From assembly GCF_964355755.1 (NCBI RefSeq), contig NC_092674.1, positions 28,582,001-28,646,000 on the forward strand: a DNA stretch of 64,000 nucleotides. Reading direction: 5' to 3'. The notes below the pieces were generated by a model, which was given only the letters and a program-made list of their open reading frames with translations, was not told the origin of the DNA and did not search any database. The position numbers and the translations under genes are program-made. Source of the DNA: Antedon mediterranea (taxonomy: Eukaryota > Animalia > Echinodermata). Below, one piece after another: positions 1 through 12,251 of the stretch. Each line of letters opens with the position of its first letter. The first letter of the stretch is position 1.

Positions 1-483
1 AAATGAGAATATTCGGGAAAAAAAGGCCCCTCTATAAAAATCTTTGGTCACCGTAAAAACATGCCCAAACTACAAAGGCCCTATGATGATCAAATTGATC
101 AATGGTCATATAAATTTGAATTTTAATAGTTTTAGTCTATTCACTATTACCCACGTAAATAAACCTGAACCATAAAATATTAATTACTACACTACTCTTG
201 TAAGTACAGTAAATATTTGATGAGCAAGAGTGCCAAGACTTAAGTGATGATAGTAGAAAATATAAGCTTTCTCCGGGGATCCGACCTAATACTGCTGCTT
301 TATGGCACTGTGTATAAAGTTAAAGAATTTAAAGTTATATAGATGTGTGATATAAGAAAATAAACAAGGTTTTAAGCCTATATAATGAGGATACTGTATC
401 TTCCATTCCTGACTTTAGAAAACTAGATAGAAATGGTGTACTGTAGTAATATTATTGTAATATTCAATATTGTACAGTATATT

Positions 484-618
484 AGGGTTGGATCATTTCA
501 AAATTATTCTATCACAGTTTACTGTAGTAAAACTACATTTGTTTACTTTATTTAAAGAGTAAACAGAATGTATTTACTGCAGTAAACTGCAATAGAATAA
601 TTTGGACATGGTCCCTTA
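484..618. mobile_element. Small MITE or hairpin; partial copy at ~1552-1625
   Basis: AATTATTCTATCACAGTTTACTGTAGTAAA versus TTTACTGCAGTAAACTGCAATAGAATAATT. Confidence 0.55.
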
Positions 619-3039
619 CAGGTATTACTGCCTATAAACCTGTATATAAATTAGCCTGAATCTATCTGGTAGCTAATTTTTAACTAGGCAACTTTTTATA
701 CAAAGCTAAATCATTTTTTATTTTTATTTTTAACATCAAAGGGTACAGTATACATTTAACAAGCCAACATACTGTACACAACATTGGTATTTGGGACTCG
801 AGCAGTAATATACAGTAGTATATCTATCTAGTATTTATTAAAAGAGGTTGAAAACTCAACAAGGATTTATTCTTATGTCTACTGTATCTCTACTAGATTT
901 AGCTCAGTGAGGCACCGTTTTTCTCGAAAAATAAATTTGTTTTTAGCACATAGTAAAACAACCTACAATATATCTTTAATTATTTATAATTCTACGAGAC
1001 AAACATGTAGTTCGCATAAACATACACACATTACTCTCCTCAAGAAGACTAAATCTATCAACTAAACGTGATAATTCATACAGCTTTGAATTCCTTGATG
1101 ACCTTAAAAAGAATTTGTTAATAAAAATAAAGTCAAATATTTTTAGTAACACTGTCAATGTACAGTAGGCTACTGTATTTAAGTATAAAATGAATTATTT
1201 ATCATTTAAATATTTACTTCTAAATCATGTCAAAATGAATTAAATGCAAATTCTTTTAGAATAGAAATTTCAATGCAATATTCAATGACACAGTTTTCGT
1301 CTTATGTTTTACAATGACATGAGATGGTATCAGAGATAACAGTAATTACAGAATATACAGTACATGTATGTTGAGAAGTATGAAAATAATTTTCAGTGGC
1401 AATAACACCTGAGATTGAGAAGCAATAGTTTCAGTAATACATGAGATTTTTTTTCAAGAGAGGTGGGAAGAGGGATATAAGTGATGTACTGAAGATTCAA
1501 GAACATTTTATTTGATATAAAACAAAATAAACATTTTATCATTACTTATTAAGATCCTGTCCAAATTATTCTCTTGCAGTTTGTACAGTTTGTTACTCTA
1601 AAACTATGCAAAAGCATAGAATAGCAAGTCTTTTTGTCTTAGGTCAGACAATGGGGTTTTGGTTAATTTTTAACTTCTTTAATTTTGTCTTTTTATAGTA
1701 AGTGAAATCATCATTTTTGTTCATTTATTTTTCTACTAATAATATTGCTATAAAATACTTTATTGAAAGTAAAATTTGATTTGATTTTATTCAGGTTTCA
1801 ACATAAAATTACAAGACAAAGATAAAAAATACAAATAGAAACATGCAAAGTATTGCCCAGTGTACACAAGAAATCTAGGATAGCCCATAAAGTCGAAAAA
1901 AAAGTTATTTGCAATGGGGTCCTAACTAAAAAATATGGCCTAATTAGAAGTTTGATTTTATTCCTCTTTATTTTTTGGGGAACAACACATCTTTAAAAGA
2001 GCATACCGGTACCTGTATTTACATTCACATCCAATTCTCACTATACACAGACATTGAATGAATGAATATTCATTTGGACTCAATGCATATAATGAGCACA
2101 GTGAAATCATTAACCTATTAAAAGTAAACCGGCTAGCTACTGTATCCATTTTTGTTTATCATGTGTCACGCATCACCGCATCGGTAATAAGTAATTCCAT
2201 CATTCTAGTTAGAAGCGGCACCTGCAGATTCATGGATGATGCTTAAAAACAAGATTCAATTTGTTCAGGATTTGAAAGATCGATCGTGATGTTTCAGAAC
2301 TGAACTATGCATCTATTCTTTTGTTGATTGGAATTGAATGAAGATTGAAAAGGTCACAAGGATATGAACTGAATATTTATACACAAAGGAGAAGTGTTTA
2401 TAAAAATCATCTTTGATCAGATAATTAAATATAATAATATTCTATACAGTAATCCTTACTACAGTATAGAGTAAGTATTATATACTACTGTGTACAGTAG
2501 AGAGTAGGTATTGTACTTGTACTACTGTAAAGTATAACTGTGTTAAATAAAACACAGTAGGTTTCCAATTGTTCGCTTCGCAAGAAAGTGTCACCTTTTA
2601 GGCCTCTATATTCAGGGGACACTCATATTTAGGAGGAACTTTGTTGGGTCCCAAGGTCCCCACAAAAATGGATACTGTAACTAATTACAACTTTTAGCAG
2701 GATCCCAATGGAAATAAAGCTAATAAGCTTTTTTTGGTTATTCTGGAAAATCTTTTATATTAATGTCCGTAATTTATGTTATCACTTTGTATGTATTTTT
2801 TATGATGATTTTCCTAATAAATTCAAATCAAATCATACAGTAGCACATAATACTAATAATACAATGCTATCACAACGATTAGTTTTATACCTGAGAAAGT
2901 TAAATAATGTTCTTTGTTGAAAACCAAATACTATAAGTATAAATAAATAAATAAAAAAAGACAAAATGTCATCTACTTGCTCAACCAACAATTATAAAAA
3001 TATTAAAGTCCAAAATTAAAATAATCAAATTGATCTTAC

Positions 3040-5688
3040 CTGTTGTTTCTTCCGTCGTGTTGGCGAGATATCTCTCTGTTTACTTGTCCGAGGTAATGTA
3101 GACGATTGCGAAGTGGAAACTGTAGATATGGCTGTCTTAATACCCGATATATCTTTAAGTCTTAGATTAACATTTTTTGAAAGATTCGGCGTTGACTCCG
3201 ATAGTGATAAACCTTGCGTAGGTCCTAGCGTCGGAGTCTGTGTATTGCGAGTTGGCGATAAAGTATATTTTCCAGAATTTTCTCGTTCACTTAAACTTAT
3301 CGATCTTAAAATTGTATCAACTTTGGTAACATCTGCCGAGTCTAAAGATCCTGATTTTACAGTAAAACGGTCGTGATCGCTAACTGCTCTCTGATGGATG
3401 ATTCTAATAAGAGGTGGTTTATCATGCACAATATTAAGATTTTGTTTTATTGCTTCTTGGCTTTCAGTCGATTCTACGGTGTTCGCTCCTCGGTTTCTCT
3501 TTTGAGATTTTCGTCTTTGAAGTTGAGGAGTCAATACTGGTTGGATGGGTTCTTCATCAATATGCAAAATTGGCTCAATATCTCCTGAGTTATTCAAACT
3601 TGTTTTCGAGTCCAGTGTAGAGTTCAAATCTTCTACCGATGTTTGAATTTTATCTCCATAAATCGGAGTCTGACCGGACATCATAGGATTGCTGGTGGAC
3701 GATTGTATGTTTGGCGTGTAGTGTTCGGTTACAATGCCAGAATTTCCATTTGGCCAAGTTAAAGATTTTTTTTTCAAGGATTTTCCATTCTTTTCATTTG
3801 AATCAATGTTTGAGTTGATAACGCCACCAGGTTGGTAAGAGACTTCCTCCATGGCATGCAGGAATCCTTGATCAGCAACAGTTTCACTGATCGAGGTTGC
3901 AAGACTTGAATTAGAAAGACTACTTTCAGTACTGACTATGCTTCCTGCATAACCTGTTGATGGCGTCTCAACGCTTTCTTTACTCACTGTACCACGTAAA
4001 AGAGGACTAACCAAATTATTTTGTGGATATCGCTCTGGCGTGGGATCGCTTTTCCAACGATCGGTATCTCCATTCGACGAATAATTATCCAAAGTTGGTA
4101 TTTCTCCGATGGCTAATTTTCTTCTTCGTCGCGTACTAGGCGTGGACGGATCTTCTGAAATTTTTGTGCCGTCAGATTTTCTGCCATTATCATGAATGTC
4201 AGTTTTGGGTTTTAGTGGTTTTAATGCTGCGTTTAACTGTTGAAATTGGTTAGGTGGTGTTGTGTGCTCCAATTTCTGTAAAATTTGTGGCAGTTCCGGT
4301 ATTCTTAGACTCGTTTTTTTAACGTTCCTCTGTGGTGAAATTTGAGGAGATTCCTGACAGTCGGACAAAACGCATCCTTCATCAGAAAGATTTGTGTCAT
4401 AGGAAGTGACACTGGGTGGTTCTGAAACTGGTGATATTGGACGAGATAAATTGTAAGGTGTGCTGTCCGCTGAGGGCGATACCGACCAAGAAGAAATTAA
4501 CTGATTGCGTAACTTATTAGTAATATAATGTAAAGATCTTGGAGTTGGAAGGCTGTTTGTTGAATTATCATCACTGCTTTCAACATCTTTATTTGATGAT
4601 TTTCTTAAAGACCATTTCAAATTACTATAATCAGTTCTTAAAGTTATCTCTGGACTAACTTGTGGGTGAGAATTTCCTTTACGCCAACCAAATGGTTGGG
4701 AAGCACTGTGCCTCATGTTTGTATTGCATCGATCTGAATACAATCCGCATTCGATATGAGCACCAGTGTCCGACATTGTTCTATGTAGCTTTGGGTTTAC
4801 TCCGGATCTAGGATGACGATTCAAGGATGAATTCTGAATTGGTTTGTGCTCAAGTTGGTAGCCAGCTTCCATCTCGCACTCCAGATGTCTATGTTCTTGC
4901 GGACTCGTCTCTATATCCTTCACAGTATCAACGCTAGAAATGCTGGATCTCCGACTCGTTGATCTAGAGCTTATGGGGCTGAGCTCTTCAAACGACTGCA
5001 ATGTCTTTTTCGTGACAGTAGCTAACCTAGTCAAGGCCAGAGGCTTGACTGGTTTAGCCAATGCTTTTCGGTTCAGTTGTTTAAAATCTGCTTTAACGTG
5101 ATAGTTAAGGCAAGACCCTTCATATTCATCCATAGGTTCAAATCTATTGAAAACATAATCATCCTGTGAGGCCTGTTCGCTTGACGCTGTAGGCCTATAT
5201 CTTTTCCGATGTTTACCACCGTTTGAAGAATATACTTGTCGACTATCTTGCTGATAAATATCAAATGGATTTGCACCTTCTCCTAATTTTAAGTGCCTAG
5301 GTAAAGTTGTGGATTTGCGTTTCATTGGCGTGACATCACCACCACCATATGCCATCCATCCACGTTGTTGAACTGGAGACACAAAATAAGAATCTTGTTG
5401 ACCAGTAGGCCTAGAAGTAGTATCGTCTTTCCGAGAATGGAATTTAGAAGCACCGTTGTTATCATTTACTTTAGCCATATTCATTGCTAATGTACCTTGT
5501 TGGTCTGATACAAGCGGGGTATCATTTTGCTGTTGGTAGTACTCGATATGGCTACCATTAGATAATGTTAATAACTCCTCCCCATTAGGCGTTTCATTAC
5601 CATCTTTATCCTCATTACACATCCACTCTAATCCAAATTCGCGGGTGAGGTAGCTGTTTCGACCCCTGCTAGGTGTCTGCTGAGACAT
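3040..5688 (-). CDS. Large first coding exon (883 codons) of an unidentified Ser/Thr/Pro-rich, probably disordered protein; gene continues beyond the left edge
   Basis: 887-aa ORF in AT-rich DNA is far too long for chance. It ends ...KKQQ followed by a consensus donor CAG|GTAAGA at 3040/3039, so the ORF-track stop at 3025 is probably intronic. No recognisable domain. Confidence 0.75.
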
Positions 5689-7752
5689 AACGAAAATATC
5701 GTACCTTCATTAATATTCCACCAACACGAACATTAGATGAATGACCAATAATACGTTTTAAATTAAAGATTCCAATGTTAATTGAAGGCTCGATTTTAAG
5801 TCTCAATTACAAGCAAGCTCGTTGAATTCGTGTATAGTAATTTACTGCTTCAGCGCCACTAAAGATGTTTGTGTCTTACCACGGTAAACCATTTCTTGCA
5901 ATCAAGCGATGGCGACCGAGTTCTTATCAACAATACTCCAATTGAACGCAGACAGAAAAAAGCATATCTACAAAATGACTGACATACCATTTACCAGCAT
6001 TGACAACGTAAAACTTCGTAACTGTATGCATTCTTTCCCTTTAAAATACTTAACTATTCTCATCAGCTACACAACAACATCAATCGTCCTCCGTGGTTGC
6101 CGCCGTACTTATTTCCTTTGAAACCCCAATGGCATTAAAAAAAAACAATAAGGCATTGGTTCCGCTTCAGTTCACTTAGCCAACTGTTGAAATCTAAGAA
6201 CAGCATGCGATGGCATTCTTTCATTTTTTTACCCTTTAAATTTGATTTATTTTTTTGTTTATTTATTAGTTGGCAAACAAAAAAATCATATTTATTTATT
6301 AATATTTTTAATAATAGTTGTTTTATTAACTTTTGGTCCAAATACCATAGACAATATAATTTTCTAAGCAAAAGGTAAACTAGATCGACGGAGTATCTTG
6401 AAGTTTTATAAAAAAAAAAATATCGCGCTCTTCTTTCATGTCATGTTAATTTTAGATAAAATTTGTAATTTGCATTTTTGATAATTTTGTATTAAAAACT
6501 AACATAATTCTTTGCAATCATAGGCAACAGCAGCAGAACCCCGTAATTGGTAGCCTTAATTTGTAAGTCAAATCGTGGACTAGTATATAGATACCTCCAC
6601 GGTCAAACGTAGGTTTGGTTTCGGATATTAACGGTTTTTTTAAATAATAAATTTAGGTAAAACAAGTTATTATCTAAATTTAATTTATACTATAAATCCA
6701 TGTTTAGACCAGGGAGTTGTTGTTTAATAGACTGAACTTAAATTTCTAGCCGCGTGATGGCGTACATCCATAATTCTATCAGTACATAAAACAATTACTG
6801 CATTACCTTTATTTTATTTTAGCGGTAAGACTGAGTACTAACTGAAAATTGGTAGATAATCGGCAGCAGGACTGTATTTATTCAAACGGTAGTTTAAAAA
6901 ACAATTTAATTTTAATAAACATTCCATCCCCTTTTCAATTCAAATCTCTCCTAAAAATTATCAATAGTTATTCTTTTCATGTTGCGCTGTGAGACTCCTT
7001 CGGTAAAGACTTTATAAATGTTGGATATTATTATTTTATTAATAAATATATATTACTCTACCGTGATTTTGTAGACTAATCGTTAAAGATAATTATATTG
7101 TCCTCATTTTTTTTTAATAGGCGCGCCTACTGTATTAATGTCACATAATGAAGTTATTCACATTGACCAAAAATTGGATCGAAATTATTTCGTTTTTGAT
7201 TATTGAATGGAACCGTTTATTTTGTCTTTTTATAAGTGAAAACAAATGTTTTTGTTTCTACGGATTCAACGTCTGATTTTATTAATTTTCCTTTGTCGTG
7301 ATTTTGTGGGAGAATTCTTGAAAATGTATACATGTAGGGCGTTTTCCGTTTCAGAATAAATGAGGAAGAATTAAAAATAACTTTTCGGCTCAATGTTTCA
7401 GGGTGTGTGTACGTACGTATAAACGTACTGTACTTTGCGGCCGTGGTTCCGCAAGCGTAAAGTTTTTTCTATTGACGTCGTTTACACGCAAAATAAAAAT
7501 AGGCACCTAATAAATAATATATTTCAGTTTTTAGCTCACTATGTCGGTCGGTCGGTTGGTAAACACTAACTCAAATTTTAACACACGACTGCAAACATGT
7601 ATATGGACTTGTTTAAACAATACAATTATTTCATAAGCTTGAATCAGGAAAAACAAAAATAAAGATTTCACTGACAAAATAAGCGATTACATTTAACCAT
7701 AAACCTGTTGTCTGGCAGACCATAGAGATATTATAACATAGGTAGACAATAA

Positions 7753-7936
7753 AGCGTGGTTCCCACTAGCGACGCAACACAAGGACGTATAACGCAACGC
7801 AAGTGAATTGACCAATCACAAGCGATGGCTTATTCGCTTGTGATTGCTATTAACTGTCTATAACTTCGCTTGTCATTGGTTAAAACGCTTGCGTTGCGTT
7901 TACGTCCTTGCGTTACGTTTTAGTGGGAACCAAGCT
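7753..7936. mobile_element. MITE family B (AGCTTGGTTCCCACTA TIR, PIF/Harbinger-like); related copies ~38463-38585 and ~57264-57390
   Basis: TIRs AGCGTGGTTCCCACTA / TAGTGGGAACCAAGCT with internal inverted subrepeats and TWA flanks; three dispersed copies. Confidence 0.65.
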
Positions 7937-8485
7937 TTAGTTTTCAGTTGAATATTTTAGATTAGGTAAATATGTTTTTCAATAACAATACAGTATGAGA
8001 CGATAAAATGGAATTAAAGTTATTTTTTCAGGTGAACAATATATAACATTATGATACATATACCAATAATTTGTACACAAATAACAAAGACATCCAAGTG
8101 CAAACACACTATATTTTTATTATCATCTATGTAACAAAGAACAATTTATTATTTATTTTTAAAGAAAATCTTAAAATTCCATTACTTTTCGTCCTATAAT
8201 TTTTATTTCACTTTTCTATGAAAAAAAAAAAATTAAAAGCAAACTTTAAAAAAAAGAAAAATCCTAACATTAAATAGTTGTCATCTATTTCTTAAAGGCT
8301 TGTTTCTGTTTACTAGATATCCTATTACAAAATGTGGTACTAAGTGCGTGTTCAGTATAAAAATAGACAAAATTCGGCGGTAGATTATCAGCAAACTACT
8401 GTAATAGCTCATAATACTGTACTTTTTATTTAATAATTTCATAATTAAAAATATAAATTTTAAAACTAATTTTATAAAATGTTCA

Positions 8486-11400
8486 CTACAATTCTACTTT
8501 GCTCATTCGTGGCCCTTTTTTCTTTGGTTTTTCCTTCTTTTTCTTCTTCTTTGGTTCAGATTTCTTTTCCTGAAACTACAAACAAAAATTATTGGAATAA
8601 CTTTAAAGAAGTATTTTACCCCAGACTTTAATCACAATTATTTGAATATTATTTTGTAGTTTTAATAAAGTTAATCACTTCCGTAGAAAAAAAAATTAAG
8701 ATCACTGACAAAATAGATTAAATTCAACCAAAAATTTATTGCTGGCAGCCAATATCACTATTTTTTGTTTTACATTACAGTTTTTAGGTAAATACATTTT
8801 TTTTTCGATCCAATTTTTGGTCAAAGTGGATAACTATTTTAATTTGACATTAATATGGCATATTCAACAATATTTTAACAATGTTTTAAGAATTATTTTT
8901 TCAGGGGAACAATAGATCATTAAAATATACATAATCTTTCCTACATGAAATGACCAATGGTAATTATTCGTAAAGTTAGAAAAAAAAATGAAGAAATACC
9001 TGTTTTTCTTTCTTTCTGTATGGATTATGGTATGATGGTTCTTTTGGTATAAATTCCATTTCCTGTGCCATCTATTTTCGACCGGATGAGAAAAAAATAG
9101 AAAAATATTTATCCTTAATATTTTATACTTTTTGGCACAACCAGATGCTCCTGGACTAGACTACTAGTTGATAGTTGGACAATGGAACATCCCATGAACC
9201 ATGGCTTCTAGTGTAGAACCACTCTCTCATACTACCTTCAACTGATTTGCTTTTTGAATGGGCTATCTGTAGTTTATCAAAGTAATAAATGAAAGCAAAC
9301 TAGCTATTGTGAAACTTCAGGTAGAGCTAATGGGTGTGAAAAGACCATTATGAAATTTAAAGTGTTATCATTTCGAAAGAGAAATAAATCAAATTTGGAG
9401 ACAAGTTGTCGTAACTAAATTAAAATCATAATTACAACTAAATACTTTCATTACAATAGTAACAAAACAATATTATCATAATTAAAAGAAAAAAAATTAT
9501 TCTTACTAAATGAAAAAGCTGTTTATGAATATCATCGAGAAAATCAGTCCTTTCTGCAAAATCCATCCCCCACCTTAACTCATCCATAAAATTTTTATTT
9601 TTGTCAAAAACTTTGTGAGAAATGTCCGGTAAGCGAAGAACAATGTCTCCTACAAATGCAACGTTTTCAAGAACTACAGACATCACTACAAAAAAACAGT
9701 AATATGAAGTTAAGAGTCACATAGATTATTTGGCTTATCATTATAGTTTATACAGTCAAATATAATGATAAAAGTAATTCCAATTAAAAAGAAAGTAAAA
9801 AATAAAACATATAAATTATGAAACAAAAAGGCGCACCCCACAAACTCAATGTGTAAATGCTTTTACAATCACAAATAAAAAACACTTTCATAATCAAAGA
9901 ATTTTAAAGTGGATCTCCACCCAGAAAATTCTATTTTTCATACATTTCAACTGTTACTTAAAAATATTGCTGTAACTTTCAATTAAACATACTTATACAT
10001 AATATAAGCTGAGAAAGTCTGAGTGGAGTCCCACTTTAACGGAAGGATAGAATAATTGTCTGTGTCTGCCGGAGAGTTCTGTTGGAGTTTGTCTTAGCCA
10101 GACACAAGATCAAAGGACTTTTACGAGTTCCTATATTGGCAAGGAAAGCTCAGTGTCCTGTTGCCAGATTGCCTTGGTTGGGTTAACTATTTCACATATT
10201 TTCTTATCTCTACAAAAACATACTTTCAGCATATTTCTCTCTATTAATTTTTAAAACACAAAATTATGTACGTACTGCTCCTAGTTGCTTCATCTGAAGG
10301 CAATGGCATCCCAGGTTCAAAGCTACTTTCTGATAGGAGTTTCCGAGCTTCAGAAAAAACCTGTAAACAAAATTATTTAAACTTATTAACTACAGCAAAC
10401 GAAACTATATATTGTGTACGCTTAAAAGTAACATTTAATCCAAATTCCAACATTATGTCCATGAGGATCATGAACCAGCCAGATGGCAGGGAATTTTTAT
10501 AACTCTTCTATACAAAATAGGTAGGTTAGTAGGCAATAATAATAATAATGTGTCAACGTTAATGTCCTCACTCCTGAGGGCGATCAAAGCATATTGATCG
10601 AAACGTCGAGAAACTCAACAGTTCTTTTCAGAACTAATATACATATACATGGTGTACCGCAAACTTTTTATCAACAATGTGTAAACGGCTATGAGTGCAC
10701 AATGCCTCAACTCAGGGGCCCCTGAGTTTGAGGACCCATTAGGAGTGCTACAGGGGCCTATGCCTCCTGCGTTACGCCACTCACGGCCACTGTGTGTAAA
10801 ATGGCTCTGCTAAGTACCTGTACAACTCTGTCTCTTATTAATTCCACCATTTGGAACTGCTTCTGGTAGTCGTAACTATCCAGCATCTCCTCTACAGCTT
10901 GCACATGCTGAGCTCGCTTTTGTAGAAATAATTTTTGGTCTGTTTCGATAACATTGTTAAGATAAAATTTCTATATTTTGATCTCAAATAATTTAAAGAT
11001 GTATTGTCCCTTGAAACACAAAAAAATGAAGGTCAAAATATTCTAAATTTAAAGTGGCCATATCAAAGTAATATTAAAGTTATTCACTTTAAGTCGAAAA
11101 TTTGAGCCAAAAACAACAAGTTTACGTAATTAACAGGTAAATTAGTTTGATTACATTTCATCTGGAAAATCGTCACGAGTGAAAGTAAACAAAGATTTCA
11201 AACCATGAGTATGCATTATGTATATGCTAAATTAGGATTGTTTACAACTCGTCACGGTTAAGAAGGTATTTTCACACAGATCATGAGGAAGTTTTATGAT
11301 TATGCATACAGAGTAGCCAAACAAGCGCGTTTCATTATGGGATATGTTTTGATTGAAAACTTTGACTGGAAGTCAAAGTTATTTTTTAAACAAAAAAACG

Positions 11401-12035
11401 TCTGTATTTCAGTTAATTATTTTTTTTTTCGAAAATTTTTGGGTGATAGTTAATAACTATTATGATACTTCAAAATGACCCACCTTTTTTCGAAATCTTT
11501 TATTTTTTATTTTTTTGGAATTAGTCAAAGGGACAATACATCTTTAATATCAATTACAAATTTAATTATAGCAAACCTCCACTCAATTATTGTTTATTTA
11601 ATATTAATGAATGATCTAGGAGGGAAACGTTTAATTTGGTATAAAGGAGTAGTTTGTTTGTGCTACTCAGCTGTACTTTCACACTAATCACAGACTCAGT
11701 CACCTAAATAAATCTCTTCATACAATTATTTCATACACATTTATTAAAGATTATAAATAATAAAATAAAATGATAAAATTACAATATCTTTTACAGATCC
11801 ACCCCATTTGTGTCCTATAAAAATGATATTATTTTTTGCCAAAAAAAAAAGCTAGCCCGAAGTGGCCTAAGTTATAAATAAGGATACACGTCTCCAAGGC
11901 TTTGTCGGCCTCTGCTGCATCATCATTTTTGGCCCCTCCTTTTCCAGGTGGTTCGGTGGGTTGATTTTGATCAGACTGAACAACAGCAAAAATAACCAAA
12001 AAGAGTAGAACTAGGAATGATATTCGTTGATTCAT
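8486..12035 (-). CDS. CCDC134: Coiled-coil domain-containing protein 134 (ER-luminal), 6 coding exons
   Basis: Exons 11888-12035, 10818-10939, 10276-10360, 9507-9685, 9000-9071 and 8486-8575 splice in frame. Signal peptide MNQRISFLVLLFLVIFAVVQS; YQKLFLQKR, VLENVAFVGDIVLRLPDI, LRWGMDF, MAQEMEF..NPY and GPRMSKVEL* match human CCDC134 motifs as recalled (YKKMFEVKR, VVENTAFFGDVVLRFP, IRWGISF, MAQELG, GPRISRSQSEL). KDEL-like C-terminus KVEL. Confidence 0.92.
9908..10035. mobile_element. Short TTAA-flanked MITE (Kolobok-like)
   Basis: ttaa-AGTGGATCTCCAC ... GTGGAGTCCCACT-ttaa imperfect TIRs. Confidence 0.55.
10571..10610 (+). ncRNA. Degenerate minimal type I hammerhead ribozyme motif (Penelope-like element remnant)
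   Basis: CTC-CTGAGGG-C-GATCAA-agcata-TTGATC-GAAA-CGTC-GAG: core CUGANG(A>G), stem II hairpin, GAAA, palindromic ACGT stem III, GUC site, 3-bp stem I CTC/GAG. Confidence 0.5.
10940..11887 (-). other. U12-type (minor spliceosome) GT-AG intron 1 of CCDC134
   Basis: 5' splice site GTATCCTTA (U12 consensus RTATCCTT). Branch site TTATCTTAAC lies 16 nt before the 3' end, with no polypyrimidine tract. Splicing gives in-frame T|AC (Tyr). Confidence 0.85.
10997..11543. mobile_element. Non-autonomous DNA transposon, Kolobok-like (TTAA TSD)
   Basis: TIR AGATGTATTGTCCCTT / AAGGGACAATACATCT flanked by TTAA on both sides. A degenerate relative lies at ~8601-8922. Confidence 0.75.
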
Positions 12036-12251
12036 AATTAATAAATGTAAACACTAACAGATAACTTGCATCATAATAAAATCATGATAATTTTAAAGGG
12101 AACACAGTAAAAAGGACTAAACGACGAAGTTTTGTTCGCGTACTTCGGTGGTGTCACCTGATAGTTTTTTTAATTTCTTTTGGTAAACCCACGTGACGTG
12201 AACGAGTTAATTAAGAGGGCGCCATCACAATCAACAAAAACACGGACCACC
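12036..12251. promoter_or_regulatory. Bidirectional promoter shared by CCDC134 and YIPF6
   Basis: Divergent ATGs only 216 bp apart. CCCACGTGACGTGA (12188-12201) is an overlapping E-box and TGACGTG(A) element; GCGCCAT near 12219. Confidence 0.7.

Noticed and set aside
2159-2221. Possible next exon of the large-exon gene (VPLLTRMMELL...*)
   Set aside because: The acceptor lacks a pyrimidine tract and there is no other support.
3025-3039. True stop codon of the 887-aa ORF
   Set aside because: The last four codons begin with a consensus GTAAGA donor followed by AT-rich intron-like sequence; more likely intronic, though not proven.
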